This document shows positions 39,705 to 50,043 of a stretch of 64,000 bases of DNA, one piece after another. Position 1 is the stretch's first letter. The number at the start of each line of letters is the position of its first letter. The notes under the pieces were generated by a model that was not told the origin of the DNA, did not search any database, and saw only the letters and a list, made by a program, of their open reading frames with translations. The stretch is from NCBI GenBank assembly GCA_947442625.1, contig CANEWJ010000001.1, positions 2,506 to 66,505 on the forward strand, in the 5' to 3' direction. The stretch comes from Chitinophagaceae bacterium (lineage in GTDB: Bacteria; Bacteroidota; Bacteroidia; Chitinophagales; Chitinophagaceae). The position numbers and the translations under genes are program-made.

Positions 39705-40052
39705 ATGAAAAAAACAATTGTTGTACTGATTGGATTGTTGTTCAGTGTTGGTGTTTTTTCGCAGGAAACAAAGAAGCAAAAACTGGTGTTGGACAGCTCC
39801 AAGCCTTTGCTTATGCTGGATGCCACCTGCGGCACCTGCATGTTCAAGATGAAAGGCGACGGGTGCAAATTGGCAGTAAGGGTTGAAGGCAAAGATTATT
39901 TTGTGGAAGGCACCGGTATCGATGACCATGGCGATGCACATGACCAGGAGGGATTCTGCAATGCCATCAGCAAAGCCAAAGTGCAGGGCAAGGTCAAGGG
40001 CGATAAGTTCAGGGTAACCTATTTTGAATTGCTGAAAAAGGAAGTCAAGTAG
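39705..40052 (+). CDS. DUF6370-like small exported Cys/His-rich protein
   Basis: Signal peptide; CGTC..GCKLAV..DDHGDAH..GFCN. Confidence 0.7.
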   Translation: MKKTIVVLIGLLFSVGVFSQETKKQKLVLDSSKPLLMLDATCGTCMFKMKGDGCKLAVRVEGKDYFVEGTGIDDHGDAHDQEGFCNAISKAKVQGKVKGDKFRVTYFELLKKEVK

Positions 40053-40085
40053 AAGGATAATCATTCCATAGCATGCTACAAATAC

Positions 40086-40113
40086 AAAGGCAGGAATTAC
40101 TTCCTGCCTTTTT
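40086..40113 (+). terminator. Intrinsic terminator
   Basis: AAAGGCAGGAA-TTAC-TTCCTGCCTTTTT. Confidence 0.8.
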
Positions 40114-40433
40114 CGATGCCAAGCGGTGATCATGCTTTTGAGTGCATGAAACCATTTGAATCTGATTCCGCAGGTAGAGCGCTAAGCGAATAAACAGTAT
40201 CCTGTTTTTCGGAGTAGGCTACGGATGTCTTTTGAACATCAGGGCTTTTCTCTGGTTTCGCCAGACTTTGTGCTGCTGAACTGGTGTAAAGATAGGGTCA
40301 GCGGATACCCCAAATAAATGAGGCCAAGCAGTCTTTCTGCTGTTTGTCATCAGTTTTTTGGATGAATCCTTGAAATGATTCAGGTATGGATAAATTCAGT
40401 AAGTTTGAATTCTACATCAAACAATACAATACC

Positions 40434-41321
40434 ATGGCCAAGCGGATTCTTTTTTTCATCGCCATCTTGATTGCAGCTTATGCGCCATCGTTGGCTCAGC
40501 AAAAAATAAAACATGTTGTCTTGATTGGAGTAGATGGTATGGGTGCTTATGCATTCAAAAAAGCCAAGCTGCCGGTGATGCAGTCCATGATGCAGCAAGG
40601 TTCCTGGAGCCTAGAGGCAAGAACCGTTTTGCCCAGCGCCAGTGCGGCCAACTGGGCTTCCATGAACATGGGCGCAGGTCCTGAGTTGCATGGTTTCACC
40701 ACCTGGGGAAGCAAGGCTCCCGACATGCCCTCAAGGGTTTTGGATGAATATGGGATGTTCCCTTCCATCGCGGGATTGCTCAGGAAGAGCAGACCAGAAA
40801 GCGAGATTGGTTTTATTTATGAGTGGGATGGCATTGGGTATTTGTTTCCCAAAGCCGCGGTGAACAAGGATTTGAATTGTGATGGGGATGTTGCATTGAC
40901 CAATGCAGTGGTTGATTATATCCAGACAAAAAAACCGAATTATTTATTTGTGCATTTGCATGATGTAGACAGCGTTGGGCATACCGTGGGCCATGACACA
41001 CCCGAGTATTATGCCTCGGTGGAACGCACGGATGCGCATATTGGAGAAATCCTGGAAAGCATTGAAAGGGCTGGCATTGCGGATGAAACACTGGTGTTGG
41101 TAACCGCAGATCACGGCGGCATCAACAAAGGACACGGAAGCACCACCATGGTGGAAATGCAGATCCCATGGATTGTTGTTGGTCCGGGCATCCGCAAAAA
41201 CCATCAGGTTCAGGAAAGCATCATGACCTTTGACACTGCAGCAACCATCGCCGCTGCCCTTAAACTGAAGGCGCCGCAGGTATGGATTGGAAGACCTGTT
41301 CGCTCGATTTTTGGGAAGTGA
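40434..41321 (+). CDS. Alkaline phosphatase superfamily (phosphodiesterase/NPP type) exported protein
   Basis: IGVDG, DVDSVGH, TADHGG..GHG. Confidence 0.85.
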   Translation: MAKRILFFIAILIAAYAPSLAQQKIKHVVLIGVDGMGAYAFKKAKLPVMQSMMQQGSWSLEARTVLPSASAANWASMNMGAGPELHGFTTWGSKAPDMPSRVLDEYGMFPSIAGLLRKSRPESEIGFIYEWDGIGYLFPKAAVNKDLNCDGDVALTNAVVDYIQTKKPNYLFVHLHDVDSVGHTVGHDTPEYYASVERTDAHIGEILESIERAGIADETLVLVTADHGGINKGHGSTTMVEMQIPWIVVGPGIRKNHQVQESIMTFDTAATIAAALKLKAPQVWIGRPVRSIFGK

Positions 41322-41330
41322 TTGTAGGTT

Positions 41331-42698
41331 TTATTTCCCGCCAGGCGCAACTGCGTCCTTGAGCAATAAAGACAATTCTTTGCGAAGTGTAGCAACCTTA
41401 TCGGGATAGGTGGAAGCCAGGTTCCTGGATTCACCCGGGTCTTCTGCAAGATTAAAAAGAGACACCGGTTCGTATTTCTTAGGTTGTTTTTTTTGGGATG
41501 CACTGTCTGATTCTTCAGCATCGGCCACGATGAGTTTCCAATCACCCATCCGGATAGCGGCCTGCGAGGGTCCGCGGGTAGAAACCGATAGAATGGCCTT
41601 GTGCGGAGATTTTCCTGCTTTGGTGATCATCGGCCAAACATCTTTTCCATCAATGGGCAGCGCTTGTTTCAATGAACCTCCTGCCAATCCAACCAAGGTC
41701 GGATACCAATCAATAATGTGCATGGCGCCTTCAATGGTTTTTCCTGCAGGAATACGTCCGGGCCAATGCGCGAATGCTGCTGCTCGGGTTCCGCCTTCAT
41801 AGATGGTTGCCTTGAAATCCCGCAATGGGGTATTTTTCCCCGGAGGTGGGCCACCATTGTCGCTGGAAAATATGATCAGCGTGTTCTCCAACATCCCTGC
41901 TTTTTGAAGGGATGCAACGATTTGAGCGACCGCTTCATCAACAGCAGCCAACATGCCGGCAAGCTTTTTCCGGTTGCCTTCCAGGTTGGGATATGGCTCT
42001 GTATACTGTTCTGGCACCTGAAAAGGGCTGTGCACACCGTTGAAGGGAACAAAGAGGAACAGCGGTTTTGAAGGCGCATGTTGTTCAATCACACTGCAGG
42101 CTTCCTTCGCAATGAGATGCGTTGAATAGCCTTCCTCTTTGAGTTGTGTTCCATTGCGGTACCAGTCCAGCTGGTTGTTCCGTACGTGCGTGAAATAATC
42201 GATGGCGCCAAAAAAATGACCATATTGATGATCAAAACCCCTTGCATTGGGTTGATAGGCTTTTTCAAATTCACCCAGGTGCCATTTTCCGGTGATGGCC
42301 GTGTGGTAGCCGGCCTCCTTAAGAGCATTGGCCAGGGTCCTTTCATTCAAAGGAAGCCCCCATTGTGCGCCTGGTGTAACGATGTTGTAGATACCTGTCT
42401 TCGTTGGATACCGTCCTGTCATGAGTGCAGATCGTGTGGGTGAGCAGACCGGTTGTACATAATGGTTTTTAAGGATGGAACCTTCTTTTGCCAGCCTGTC
42501 TATGTTGGGTGTTAGGATCTCCTTTCCGCCATTGAATCCACAGTCTGCATAGCCAAGGTCATCAATCAACAGAAAAACAATATTGGGCTTTTTGCTTTGG
42601 CCATGGGCTAACATGCTGATGGAGAAGAAGGCCATCAAAAAAAATTGAGTTCCCTTGCGCAGGGAGCAAAGCAGAAAATTCAACTGTTTTTTTTGCAT
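41331..42698 (-). CDS. Arylsulfatase (Cys-type)
   Basis: IDDLGY, CSPTR, GKWHLG, SDNGG. Confidence 0.93.
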   Translation of the reverse strand: MQKKQLNFLLCSLRKGTQFFLMAFFSISMLAHGQSKKPNIVFLLIDDLGYADCGFNGGKEILTPNIDRLAKEGSILKNHYVQPVCSPTRSALMTGRYPTKTGIYNIVTPGAQWGLPLNERTLANALKEAGYHTAITGKWHLGEFEKAYQPNARGFDHQYGHFFGAIDYFTHVRNNQLDWYRNGTQLKEEGYSTHLIAKEACSVIEQHAPSKPLFLFVPFNGVHSPFQVPEQYTEPYPNLEGNRKKLAGMLAAVDEAVAQIVASLQKAGMLENTLIIFSSDNGGPPPGKNTPLRDFKATIYEGGTRAAAFAHWPGRIPAGKTIEGAMHIIDWYPTLVGLAGGSLKQALPIDGKDVWPMITKAGKSPHKAILSVSTRGPSQAAIRMGDWKLIVADAEESDSASQKKQPKKYEPVSLFNLAEDPGESRNLASTYPDKVATLRKELSLLLKDAVAPGGK

Positions 42699-42791
42699 GG
42701 TTTCAATTTGGCATCAGCCATCAAATTAAGCATAATTAACATCATTCCTTACATTTCTACAGTGCGCGCACAAACGGGCGTTAAAACAAGT

Positions 42792-43502
42792 TTATTTTTT
42801 GGGTTTCCTGAAAATCAGGCAATGTTGCCAGGGAAGATTGCTGATGTTTTTTTCAAATGAAAAGCCTGCAACCTTGAACTCCTTCACAGATTGTTGCTCG
42901 CTCATCTTGTGGATGGTCTTGATCGGCACTGCCGGATCTTCTGCCCTGAACTCTACCAAGACCAGTTTGCCGCCGGGCTTGAGTGCTTCCAGCATGGAAA
43001 GCGCCATCTCATAAGGGTAGGAAAACTCATGGTATACATCCACCAGCAACATCATGTCAATGCTGTTTGCGGGCAGGGAAACTTTTTGTTCTGTGCTCAA
43101 TACCGGAATGATGTTCTTGGTCCCCTCCAACTTAATCCTGTCGTTTAGGTAGGCAATCATTTCCGGCTCCACATCCACCGCATATACTTTTCCATCGCCC
43201 ACAATTTTTGACAACAATGTGCTGTGGTAGCCACTTCCGGCTCCGATATCTGCAATGACAATGCCCGGTTTCACGGCAAGGTTTTTCAACAATTGCGAAG
43301 TGTTTTCTTCTAACTCCCTTTCCTGCCGCTCAAGCCAGTCGATGCCAAAATGACTCATCACGTGTGCAATTTGCCGGCCCATGTACCATTTTTTGATGCC
43401 GTTGGGATCTCCAGGCTTTACCGTGTAACGGTCCTGAGCGATAGCGCCAGACATGAATAACATAGCAATGAAAAGCAATGAAAGAGGAAGAGATTTTTTC
43501 AT
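42792..43502 (-). CDS. Class I SAM-dependent methyltransferase with signal peptide
   Basis: IADIGAGSGY, YAVDV, DVYHEF, LKPGG. Confidence 0.88.
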   Translation of the reverse strand: MKKSLPLSLLFIAMLFMSGAIAQDRYTVKPGDPNGIKKWYMGRQIAHVMSHFGIDWLERQERELEENTSQLLKNLAVKPGIVIADIGAGSGYHSTLLSKIVGDGKVYAVDVEPEMIAYLNDRIKLEGTKNIIPVLSTEQKVSLPANSIDMMLLVDVYHEFSYPYEMALSMLEALKPGGKLVLVEFRAEDPAVPIKTIHKMSEQQSVKEFKVAGFSFEKNISNLPWQHCLIFRKPKK

Positions 43503-43613
43503 GGTTGACAAGTTGTTTTGCATTTGGTTGTTGCTCATGATATCGAACAATAGCAATTTAGTGCAATTGCACCTTTGGAAAAGATATTGATTACATTTAC
43601 TGAAGCCAAATCC

Positions 43614-44705
43614 ATGGAACAGATGAAAAAATACATGATCTATTTTCTGATGACGGTTTGTTTTTTCAGTACTGCTGTTTCAGCAATGGCATTTGTCTCA
43701 TTCGGAACAAGTTCTTTCCCCAGGCCGCAATGTACTGTAGCAGATAGCAGCCTTTATCAATTGATGCCTTTCCCGATGGGAGCCTCTGTTGGTATTTCAA
43801 GGATGAAAAACAATGCCAGGTACACCGAAGTAGTTAGAAAAGAATTCAACAGCATTACTGCTGAAAACGCAATGAAATTTCGCGCCCTTCATCCTGCTGA
43901 AAATACCTATCAATGGGCGGATGCTGATTTTCTTGTTGATTTTGCCCAGAAAAATGGCAAGCGACTTCATGGCCATACCTTAAACTGGTATCAATATTTA
44001 CCAGCCTGGGTGAACAATTTTTCTGGTGATTCCATCGCCTGGGAAAACATGCTGAAGGATCATATTCAAACAGTTGTTACCCACTTCAAAGGAAAGGTTA
44101 CATCATGGGATGTCGTCAACGAGTACTTCAATGATGACGGGACCATCAGGCCCAGTGTCTGGGTTAAAAACCTAGGTCCGGATTATATCGCAAGGTGTTT
44201 TCAATATGCGCATGAAGCAGACCCCGCTGCATTGTTGTTTTACAATGATTATGGACACGAGTACAGCAGCGCCAAGAGAACTGCTATAGGCAAACTGATC
44301 AACTCATTCAAGGAAAGAAAGATTCCGATTCATGGCATTGGCATGCAGTTTCACATGACCTATACCCTGACTGATGCGAATATCAGTGCGGCCATTGATT
44401 TTGCTGCAGCCACTGGGTTAAAGGTGCATATTTCAGAATTGGATGTGCGTGTTAATAACAACAAGGTGCAGGGTCTAACGTTTACAGATGCCATGGCTGC
44501 ACAGCAGGCGGATCGTTACAGACAGGTTGTCAAGACCTACAATGCCATACCCAAATCACAGCAATTCGGCATCACCACCTGGAATGTCGGGGATGCAGAT
44601 TCCTGGGTACCGTCCTGGCAGGGGGCACCGGATTACCCCTTGCCTTTTGATGCAAACTATTTGCGGAAACCTGCTTACAAGGCCATCATAGAAGGCGGAA
44701 AATAA
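43614..44705 (+). CDS. Endo-1,4-beta-xylanase (GH10)
   Basis: ENAMKF, HGHTL, WDVVNE, ISELD catalytic motifs. Confidence 0.92.
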   Translation: MEQMKKYMIYFLMTVCFFSTAVSAMAFVSFGTSSFPRPQCTVADSSLYQLMPFPMGASVGISRMKNNARYTEVVRKEFNSITAENAMKFRALHPAENTYQWADADFLVDFAQKNGKRLHGHTLNWYQYLPAWVNNFSGDSIAWENMLKDHIQTVVTHFKGKVTSWDVVNEYFNDDGTIRPSVWVKNLGPDYIARCFQYAHEADPAALLFYNDYGHEYSSAKRTAIGKLINSFKERKIPIHGIGMQFHMTYTLTDANISAAIDFAAATGLKVHISELDVRVNNNKVQGLTFTDAMAAQQADRYRQVVKTYNAIPKSQQFGITTWNVGDADSWVPSWQGAPDYPLPFDANYLRKPAYKAIIEGGK

Positions 44706-44716
44706 TCCGCCTTTTT
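44692..44716 (+). terminator. Terminator hairpin overlapping the GH10 stop codon
   Basis: AAGGCGGA-AAATAA-TCCGCCTTTTT. Confidence 0.6.
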
Positions 44717-44733
44717 CAAATCGGCGATGGGCA

Positions 44734-44900
44734 TCAATAAAAGAAATGCTTTTTTTGATTGTTCTTCCAGCCGGACTATGATTCGTGTTCTACGAAAAAT
44801 ATTTTTACATCCGCCTGGCTTTCGTAGTCTACTGAAAATATCTTTGTGCCATGGTTTGCTGCATAGCAAAAAGGGCTATGAGCAGGAGTAGTGTTTTCAT
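44734..44900 (-). pseudogene. Degraded DUF6150-like gene
   Basis: MKTLLLLIALFAMQQTMAQ, then a frameshift to KIFSVDYESQADVKIFFVEHES*SGWKNNQKKHFFY*; ATG overlaps the sbcC stop (ATGA). Confidence 0.65.
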
Positions 44901-47900
44901 GTGATAAATGTACTATTTTCAACCCCAATAATTTTCAAACTCCTTTGTTGTTCGTTGCATTTAAGATAAAGCGTACTTTCTCCATTCTGCAATTTCTCCA
45001 CCACGATTTGGGTGCCAATTCTTTCCTTGAGGCTTTCAACATGGCTGATGATGCCCACCAGTTTATCACCTTCCACTTGCATGCGCTCAAGCATCGCAAT
45101 GGCATTGTAAAGATCATCTGGAGAGAGGCTTCCAAAGCCCTCGTCAATGAACATCGAATCAATCCTTACGTTTTGCGATGCCATATCGCTCAATGCCAAT
45201 GCCAGCGCCAGTGAAATCACAAAACGCTCACCGCCAGACACACTGTCAATCGTTCTCCATTCATCACCCATGTGTGTATCCACCACCCAGATGCTGTCTT
45301 CATCCTCCTCCGATCCCAACTCCAATTGGTATCTTTCCATCAATGTTTCCAGGCGAATGTTTGCAAGGCTAAAAAGATGGCGCATGGTGATGCGCTGTAC
45401 AATGTTGTTGAATTTGTTGCCGTTGGCATCACCAATGTAGTTGTTCAGGATATTGTATAATTGCTCTTCTTTTTCCACCAGCTCAAGTTTCCTCAAAATG
45501 CCCTGGTGTTTTTGCTTGTTTTCAGCATCCAGTTGAAGCGATTCAATGATCTTCCCCTGCTCGAGCAGGTTCTTCTCCAGTAAATCCTTCTGTTCTGTTT
45601 CTGTTGATAAAAGGGCTTCAAGGGTGGATGAAAGATCATCCATTGACTGTTTGGACAGCAGGTCCTTGTTGGCTTGGATCAGTTGTCCGGCATGTTGATC
45701 TTTCCTTTTTTTGAAATCATCAATCAGCTGTTTCGTTGATTGAATGGTGTCTGCATCTGCCATGGCCTGCATGAAATCATTCCTGTTTGCAAACCCATTT
45801 TTCAGCATTGATGCATCAAAGGAAATGTCCTCTTTTTTTATTGATGCCTGAAGGGTTTCTATTGCCGAGGAAGCCTTTTGAATGTTTTCTTGTTGCGTCA
45901 ATATTGACGTTTCGATTCTTGTCCAATCCTGCTTCAGCTGATCCCTGAATTCATTGATGTCACCTTCTTTGAAAACTTCACTCCTTTCTTTTTTCAGCTT
46001 GTTCAGGCCCGATTGCTTTTGCTGAAAAACTTCCATGTCTTTGATGAATTGGATCAGGCTGTCCTCAACAATCTCCCACTCCTGGTGCAGCCTGATCACC
46101 CGGATATTTTCTTCAGACAGGGTTATGGATTGTTTGATCATTTCCTGGTCTGCGGTTTCAGGCAACTCACATGCCTTAAAACGATTTTTCAAATCACCCT
46201 TGCTTGATACCAACTCCTTGTCAATTCCTTCAATGTTTTTTTCCTTGTTGAGCTTGTCCCTTTCCAACAGCGCGATTGCTGTTTCTGTTTCTCTTTTCAC
46301 CTTGATGTTCCGCTCATTGGCCTCTTTCCTTTGGTTATAGTCTTCCTGCAACGCATTGTTCAGTTTTGGAAGGTTGATGGCATAAGGGTGGGATGTTGAA
46401 CCGCAGCAGGGACAAGGGTTTCCATCGACCAATGCCTGCCGGTGAATCTCCATAGACAGGATGGCATTGTTGGCTTCAACCGCTTTTAGCAAAACTTCCA
46501 ATGCGGCGTTTTCATCATCAATGGTTGTATCCAATGCGCGGACCGATGTATTCAATGCATTGATTTGATTTGTCAAGTCAACGACTTCTTCATTGTTCCT
46601 TTTTTTGTCGTCTTCATTGTTTTGCACCAATGCAGCAATGGTCAGACAGTTGCTGAGTTCAGTAATCCTGTTTTGATGCACCGTGATGGCATCCTGAAAA
46701 TTTCCTTGCCTGAAAGCATCCGGCAAAATATTTTTACGGAGGACCTCCTGTTGCCCCATTACGTAATTTTTCAATTGGGCAGTATCAGCACTGATGGGTT
46801 TTAGAATTGTTCTTGTTTTTTCAGGAAGGGTATTGATGAAATTGGCCAAGGACACTCTTATTGTACTGACTTCTGTTTCCAGTGTGGCGATGCTTTTATC
46901 CATACCATCCAACAAGTTGAAAAAAGCATCCAATGCAGCAATAAACCCATGTTCATCTGTTGTTTTTCCACTGGCGCTTGAAAAGGAGTTGATCACCCCA
47001 GACCGTTCATCCAGCAAACTCATTAGCGATGAAGACGCCTCTTCAATTGCCTTTTGTTCATCAGACAAATCCTTTTGCATGGATTGAAGCGCATTCCATT
47101 GCTTTATCAATGGAGCAGTTTTTTCAACATCAAGAAGGCGTTCCATGGCCCCTGCAAGCACAGTTTCCTCTTTTGCAAGTTTCTCTTTTTCTTCCCCCAG
47201 CAGTGTAAGCGTATTATGCAATGAAGCAATGTCTTGTTTTGTTTTGATTTTGTTCCTGAGTGTTGTTAACAATTGCTCTCCATCATTGTGCTCAGACTCC
47301 AGTGCTTGTTTTTTTGTTTCAATTGCAGCAAGATCAGCTTCAGAAAACACCTCAATCGCCCCCATGGTGTCGGTCAGCAACCTGATTTTTTCCTTGACTT
47401 CACGGTGGCGCTCAAAAGCCATTTTTCCAATTTCACGGAAAAGCACCGTTCCGGTGATGATTTCCAGAAGCTTGTAACGGTCGGCCTTTGGGGCCCTGAG
47501 GAATTCGTCAAATTTTCCCTGGCTCAATACAATGGCCTGCGTGAATTGCTCCTGCGATAGCCCAATAATCCTGATGATCTCGGCCCTTGAATCTTTCAAT
47601 TTATCAGTGATGGCTTTGAATTTACCATCCTCCTGCTTGCTGACTTTCAACAGGATTTTACTAAGATTTCCGGAACGGGTCAAACCGACCGACCACTGCG
47701 AGCGATAGGTTTCGCCATTGACTTGAAAAGTGATAGAGGCATAAGATTCAGTTGTGCCCTTGGTGATGATACCTTTTTCATCTTCAATGGTTGTTTTCGT
47801 AATCTCCTGGAACCTTGCCGTATAACCATACAATGCCAAAGTAATGGCATCAAGGATGGAACTCTTGCCAGCACCAGTAGGTCCTGTAATGGCAAATAGG

Positions 47901-47992
47901 CCGGCACTGGCCAGTTCGGGGCTTTCAAAATCGATGCTGAATTCTCCCTTCAGAGAGTTGATATTGCTGAAATTCAGCTTGAGTATTTTCAT
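44897..47992 (-). CDS. sbcC: SbcC/Rad50-like SMC ATPase
   Basis: GPTGAGKSSI, long coiled coil, CPCCG zinc hook, SGGE, IDEGFGSL. Confidence 0.93.
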   Translation of the reverse strand: MKILKLNFSNINSLKGEFSIDFESPELASAGLFAITGPTGAGKSSILDAITLALYGYTARFQEITKTTIEDEKGIITKGTTESYASITFQVNGETYRSQWSVGLTRSGNLSKILLKVSKQEDGKFKAITDKLKDSRAEIIRIIGLSQEQFTQAIVLSQGKFDEFLRAPKADRYKLLEIITGTVLFREIGKMAFERHREVKEKIRLLTDTMGAIEVFSEADLAAIETKKQALESEHNDGEQLLTTLRNKIKTKQDIASLHNTLTLLGEEKEKLAKEETVLAGAMERLLDVEKTAPLIKQWNALQSMQKDLSDEQKAIEEASSSLMSLLDERSGVINSFSSASGKTTDEHGFIAALDAFFNLLDGMDKSIATLETEVSTIRVSLANFINTLPEKTRTILKPISADTAQLKNYVMGQQEVLRKNILPDAFRQGNFQDAITVHQNRITELSNCLTIAALVQNNEDDKKRNNEEVVDLTNQINALNTSVRALDTTIDDENAALEVLLKAVEANNAILSMEIHRQALVDGNPCPCCGSTSHPYAINLPKLNNALQEDYNQRKEANERNIKVKRETETAIALLERDKLNKEKNIEGIDKELVSSKGDLKNRFKACELPETADQEMIKQSITLSEENIRVIRLHQEWEIVEDSLIQFIKDMEVFQQKQSGLNKLKKERSEVFKEGDINEFRDQLKQDWTRIETSILTQQENIQKASSAIETLQASIKKEDISFDASMLKNGFANRNDFMQAMADADTIQSTKQLIDDFKKRKDQHAGQLIQANKDLLSKQSMDDLSSTLEALLSTETEQKDLLEKNLLEQGKIIESLQLDAENKQKHQGILRKLELVEKEEQLYNILNNYIGDANGNKFNNIVQRITMRHLFSLANIRLETLMERYQLELGSEEDEDSIWVVDTHMGDEWRTIDSVSGGERFVISLALALALSDMASQNVRIDSMFIDEGFGSLSPDDLYNAIAMLERMQVEGDKLVGIISHVESLKERIGTQIVVEKLQNGESTLYLKCNEQQRSLKIIGVENSTFIT

Positions 47993-49203
47993 GGTTGTTG
48001 TTGTGTTGCGTCAGCAAGAATGGTGTTGAAAAGGTCTTTGAGTGCAGTTTTTTCCTCATTCTCTTCTCGCCCTTCAATGATTTTTTCAAAAACAGCGGCG
48101 GGTTTAATGTCATTTACCCTGTCATGCGCCAAAGTTCCAAGTTTTCGGCTGCTGGATTTGTCACGAAAAATCACCCGCTGGCTGACGACTTTCAGGTTTC
48201 GACCAGCTATTTCATTTTTCAACGTTTCAATCCTTGGCATGAGCTTTGGATCAAAAATTGGTTCATCGATCGAAAGGTCAAGCAGGGCCGGCAGTTGGTA
48301 TTTGCATGTTAACAAGGCCAGTTTCTCTTCTACTTCCTGTATGGTTCCTTTGACCTGGTAAAGCGATCTGAACTTTGGTACAGGGATGAAGCGCTGTTTC
48401 AAACTGTTTCCATCTATATCCAGTTGGATGATCTTGTGTTTGTAAACGTTTTCAGAAAAGCCCAGTGAAATCGGGCTGCTGGCATAATGGATCTTTCCTT
48501 CGAGCACAGGCTGTCCGGTATGGATATGCCCTAATCCCAGGTAATTGAACTGGTCCAGCGCATCAGACGGAATGCCCAATTCGTTGCCGATCTGGATCTC
48601 TCTTTCCGCTTCGCTGGCTTTTGTGCCCTGGGCGTGGAGGTGTGCCATTCCAATATGCAATTGGTTGGGGAAGCGTTTTTTCATTTCATCACCGATGCCC
48701 TTGAAAACCTTGCGCATGCCCTCCCGGATTTTGATGTCGATTTCCTGGATACCCTCGCTCTCGCCCACCTGGCGAATGAAACGGTCCTGGAGGAAGGGGA
48801 TCGCGGCAACAATGGCTTCGGTCTTGCCCGACCGGTTGGCAATTGGGATCAATATTTTTTCAACCTGATTCATTCCGGGAAACCGGCCTACCACCGTTGT
48901 TCCAAGCGAATGTAAAAGGGATGAAGGCGTATCAAGGTATGAGGGAGAATCGTGGTTGCCGGAGGTGACAATCGCCTTACAACCCTTGGCAGGCAGTTGC
49001 ACAAGAAAATCATAGTATTGTTTTGTGGCCTCGTTGGAAGGATTGCTTTGGTCAAAGATGTCCCCGGCCACCAGCAGGTGATCAATTTCATTTTCCCCAA
49101 TGTACCTGAGCAACCAGTCCAGGAACAGGACCATGTCCTGGCTGAAGTCCTCCATGTGCAGTTTCTTCCCAAGGTGCCAGTCTGCTGTGATCAGTATTTT
49201 CAT
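47989..49203 (-). CDS. sbcD: SbcD/Mre11-like nuclease
   Basis: TADWHLG, AGDIFD, SGNHD, GHIH; 4-bp overlap with sbcC. Confidence 0.94.
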   Translation of the reverse strand: MKILITADWHLGKKLHMEDFSQDMVLFLDWLLRYIGENEIDHLLVAGDIFDQSNPSNEATKQYYDFLVQLPAKGCKAIVTSGNHDSPSYLDTPSSLLHSLGTTVVGRFPGMNQVEKILIPIANRSGKTEAIVAAIPFLQDRFIRQVGESEGIQEIDIKIREGMRKVFKGIGDEMKKRFPNQLHIGMAHLHAQGTKASEAEREIQIGNELGIPSDALDQFNYLGLGHIHTGQPVLEGKIHYASSPISLGFSENVYKHKIIQLDIDGNSLKQRFIPVPKFRSLYQVKGTIQEVEEKLALLTCKYQLPALLDLSIDEPIFDPKLMPRIETLKNEIAGRNLKVVSQRVIFRDKSSSRKLGTLAHDRVNDIKPAAVFEKIIEGREENEEKTALKDLFNTILADATQQQP

Positions 49204-49331
49204 CGGTTTCTACTTGTATTGCTGCAATATCAATCAAATGGGTGAAATTTTATTTCACAATCAATGTTTGTGGGAATTAACTTCTGTTTGATGGTGCATC
49301 TGCGCAGCATATCCTTCATATCATTTAAGGT

Positions 49332-49904
49332 TTAGTAGGGAACCGCCCTGACAATATTTCCTGCGGGATAGTAGCTGGCCACTACAATGATGGCGCCACT
49401 GGGGCAGTAGGCGACCCCTGCTCCCACTTCACGGGTATATTTCCAGACCATTTGGGTATAATGTCCAACCATTTTCCCTCTCGTCGCTTCGATGGGCTTA
49501 CCATTGTAATCCGCTTTTTCTTCATACCAGGATTTGGAAGCATCTAGGGTTCCATAAAAAGTGGAAGAGCTTCCCCAGAAAATGTTTTCACCCAGGACTC
49601 TTCCCGTTTCATCCCTGCATTCGCTGTGCTTGATCTTGCATTTTTTGGCAGCCAGTTCATTGGCCCAGGACTGCGCATAGTTTGAAAGCGAGCTGCTCCA
49701 GGTCAGTTTTTCTACGCCCACTTGAGCGCGGACTTTGTTGTGGTGATCCAAAAATATTTTGGCATCTGAAGCCTTAAAATTGCTACCAGTGTTGGTGGGG
49801 ATGGATTGGGCCTTGGAATTAACGCAACAAAAAACCAGCGAGGCCATCAAAAAAATACGCATTTCAAAATGTTTTGGTGTTTTGAATCGACTGCCATTTT
49901 GCAC
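49332..49904 (-). CDS. CAP/SCP (PR-1-like) exported protein
   Basis: HNKVRAQVG, GENI, GHYTQMVW, Y.PAGN. Confidence 0.9.
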   Translation of the reverse strand: MQNGSRFKTPKHFEMRIFLMASLVFCCVNSKAQSIPTNTGSNFKASDAKIFLDHHNKVRAQVGVEKLTWSSSLSNYAQSWANELAAKKCKIKHSECRDETGRVLGENIFWGSSSTFYGTLDASKSWYEEKADYNGKPIEATRGKMVGHYTQMVWKYTREVGAGVAYCPSGAIIVVASYYPAGNIVRAVPY

Positions 49905-50043
49905 GATTCAAGTTACCCACTTGCTTGCGGAAAAAGGTGTAGGGAAATGTTATAGTTGAACTTGAGCGTACAAGATCGTTCTTCGCCTTCACCTGTAGTG
50001 TTGTCTTCTGTGGCTAGCGTTCTAGTGTTGTAATCAAAACCTC

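Noticed and set aside
40114-40380. 267-bp spacer with short ORFs
   Set aside because: Several frames translated by eye gave no recognisable homology or RNA structure
44897-49203. SMC plus nuclease as a Wadjet- or Lamassu-like defence system
   Set aside because: Zinc hook, Mre11-type motifs and gene order fit ordinary SbcCD
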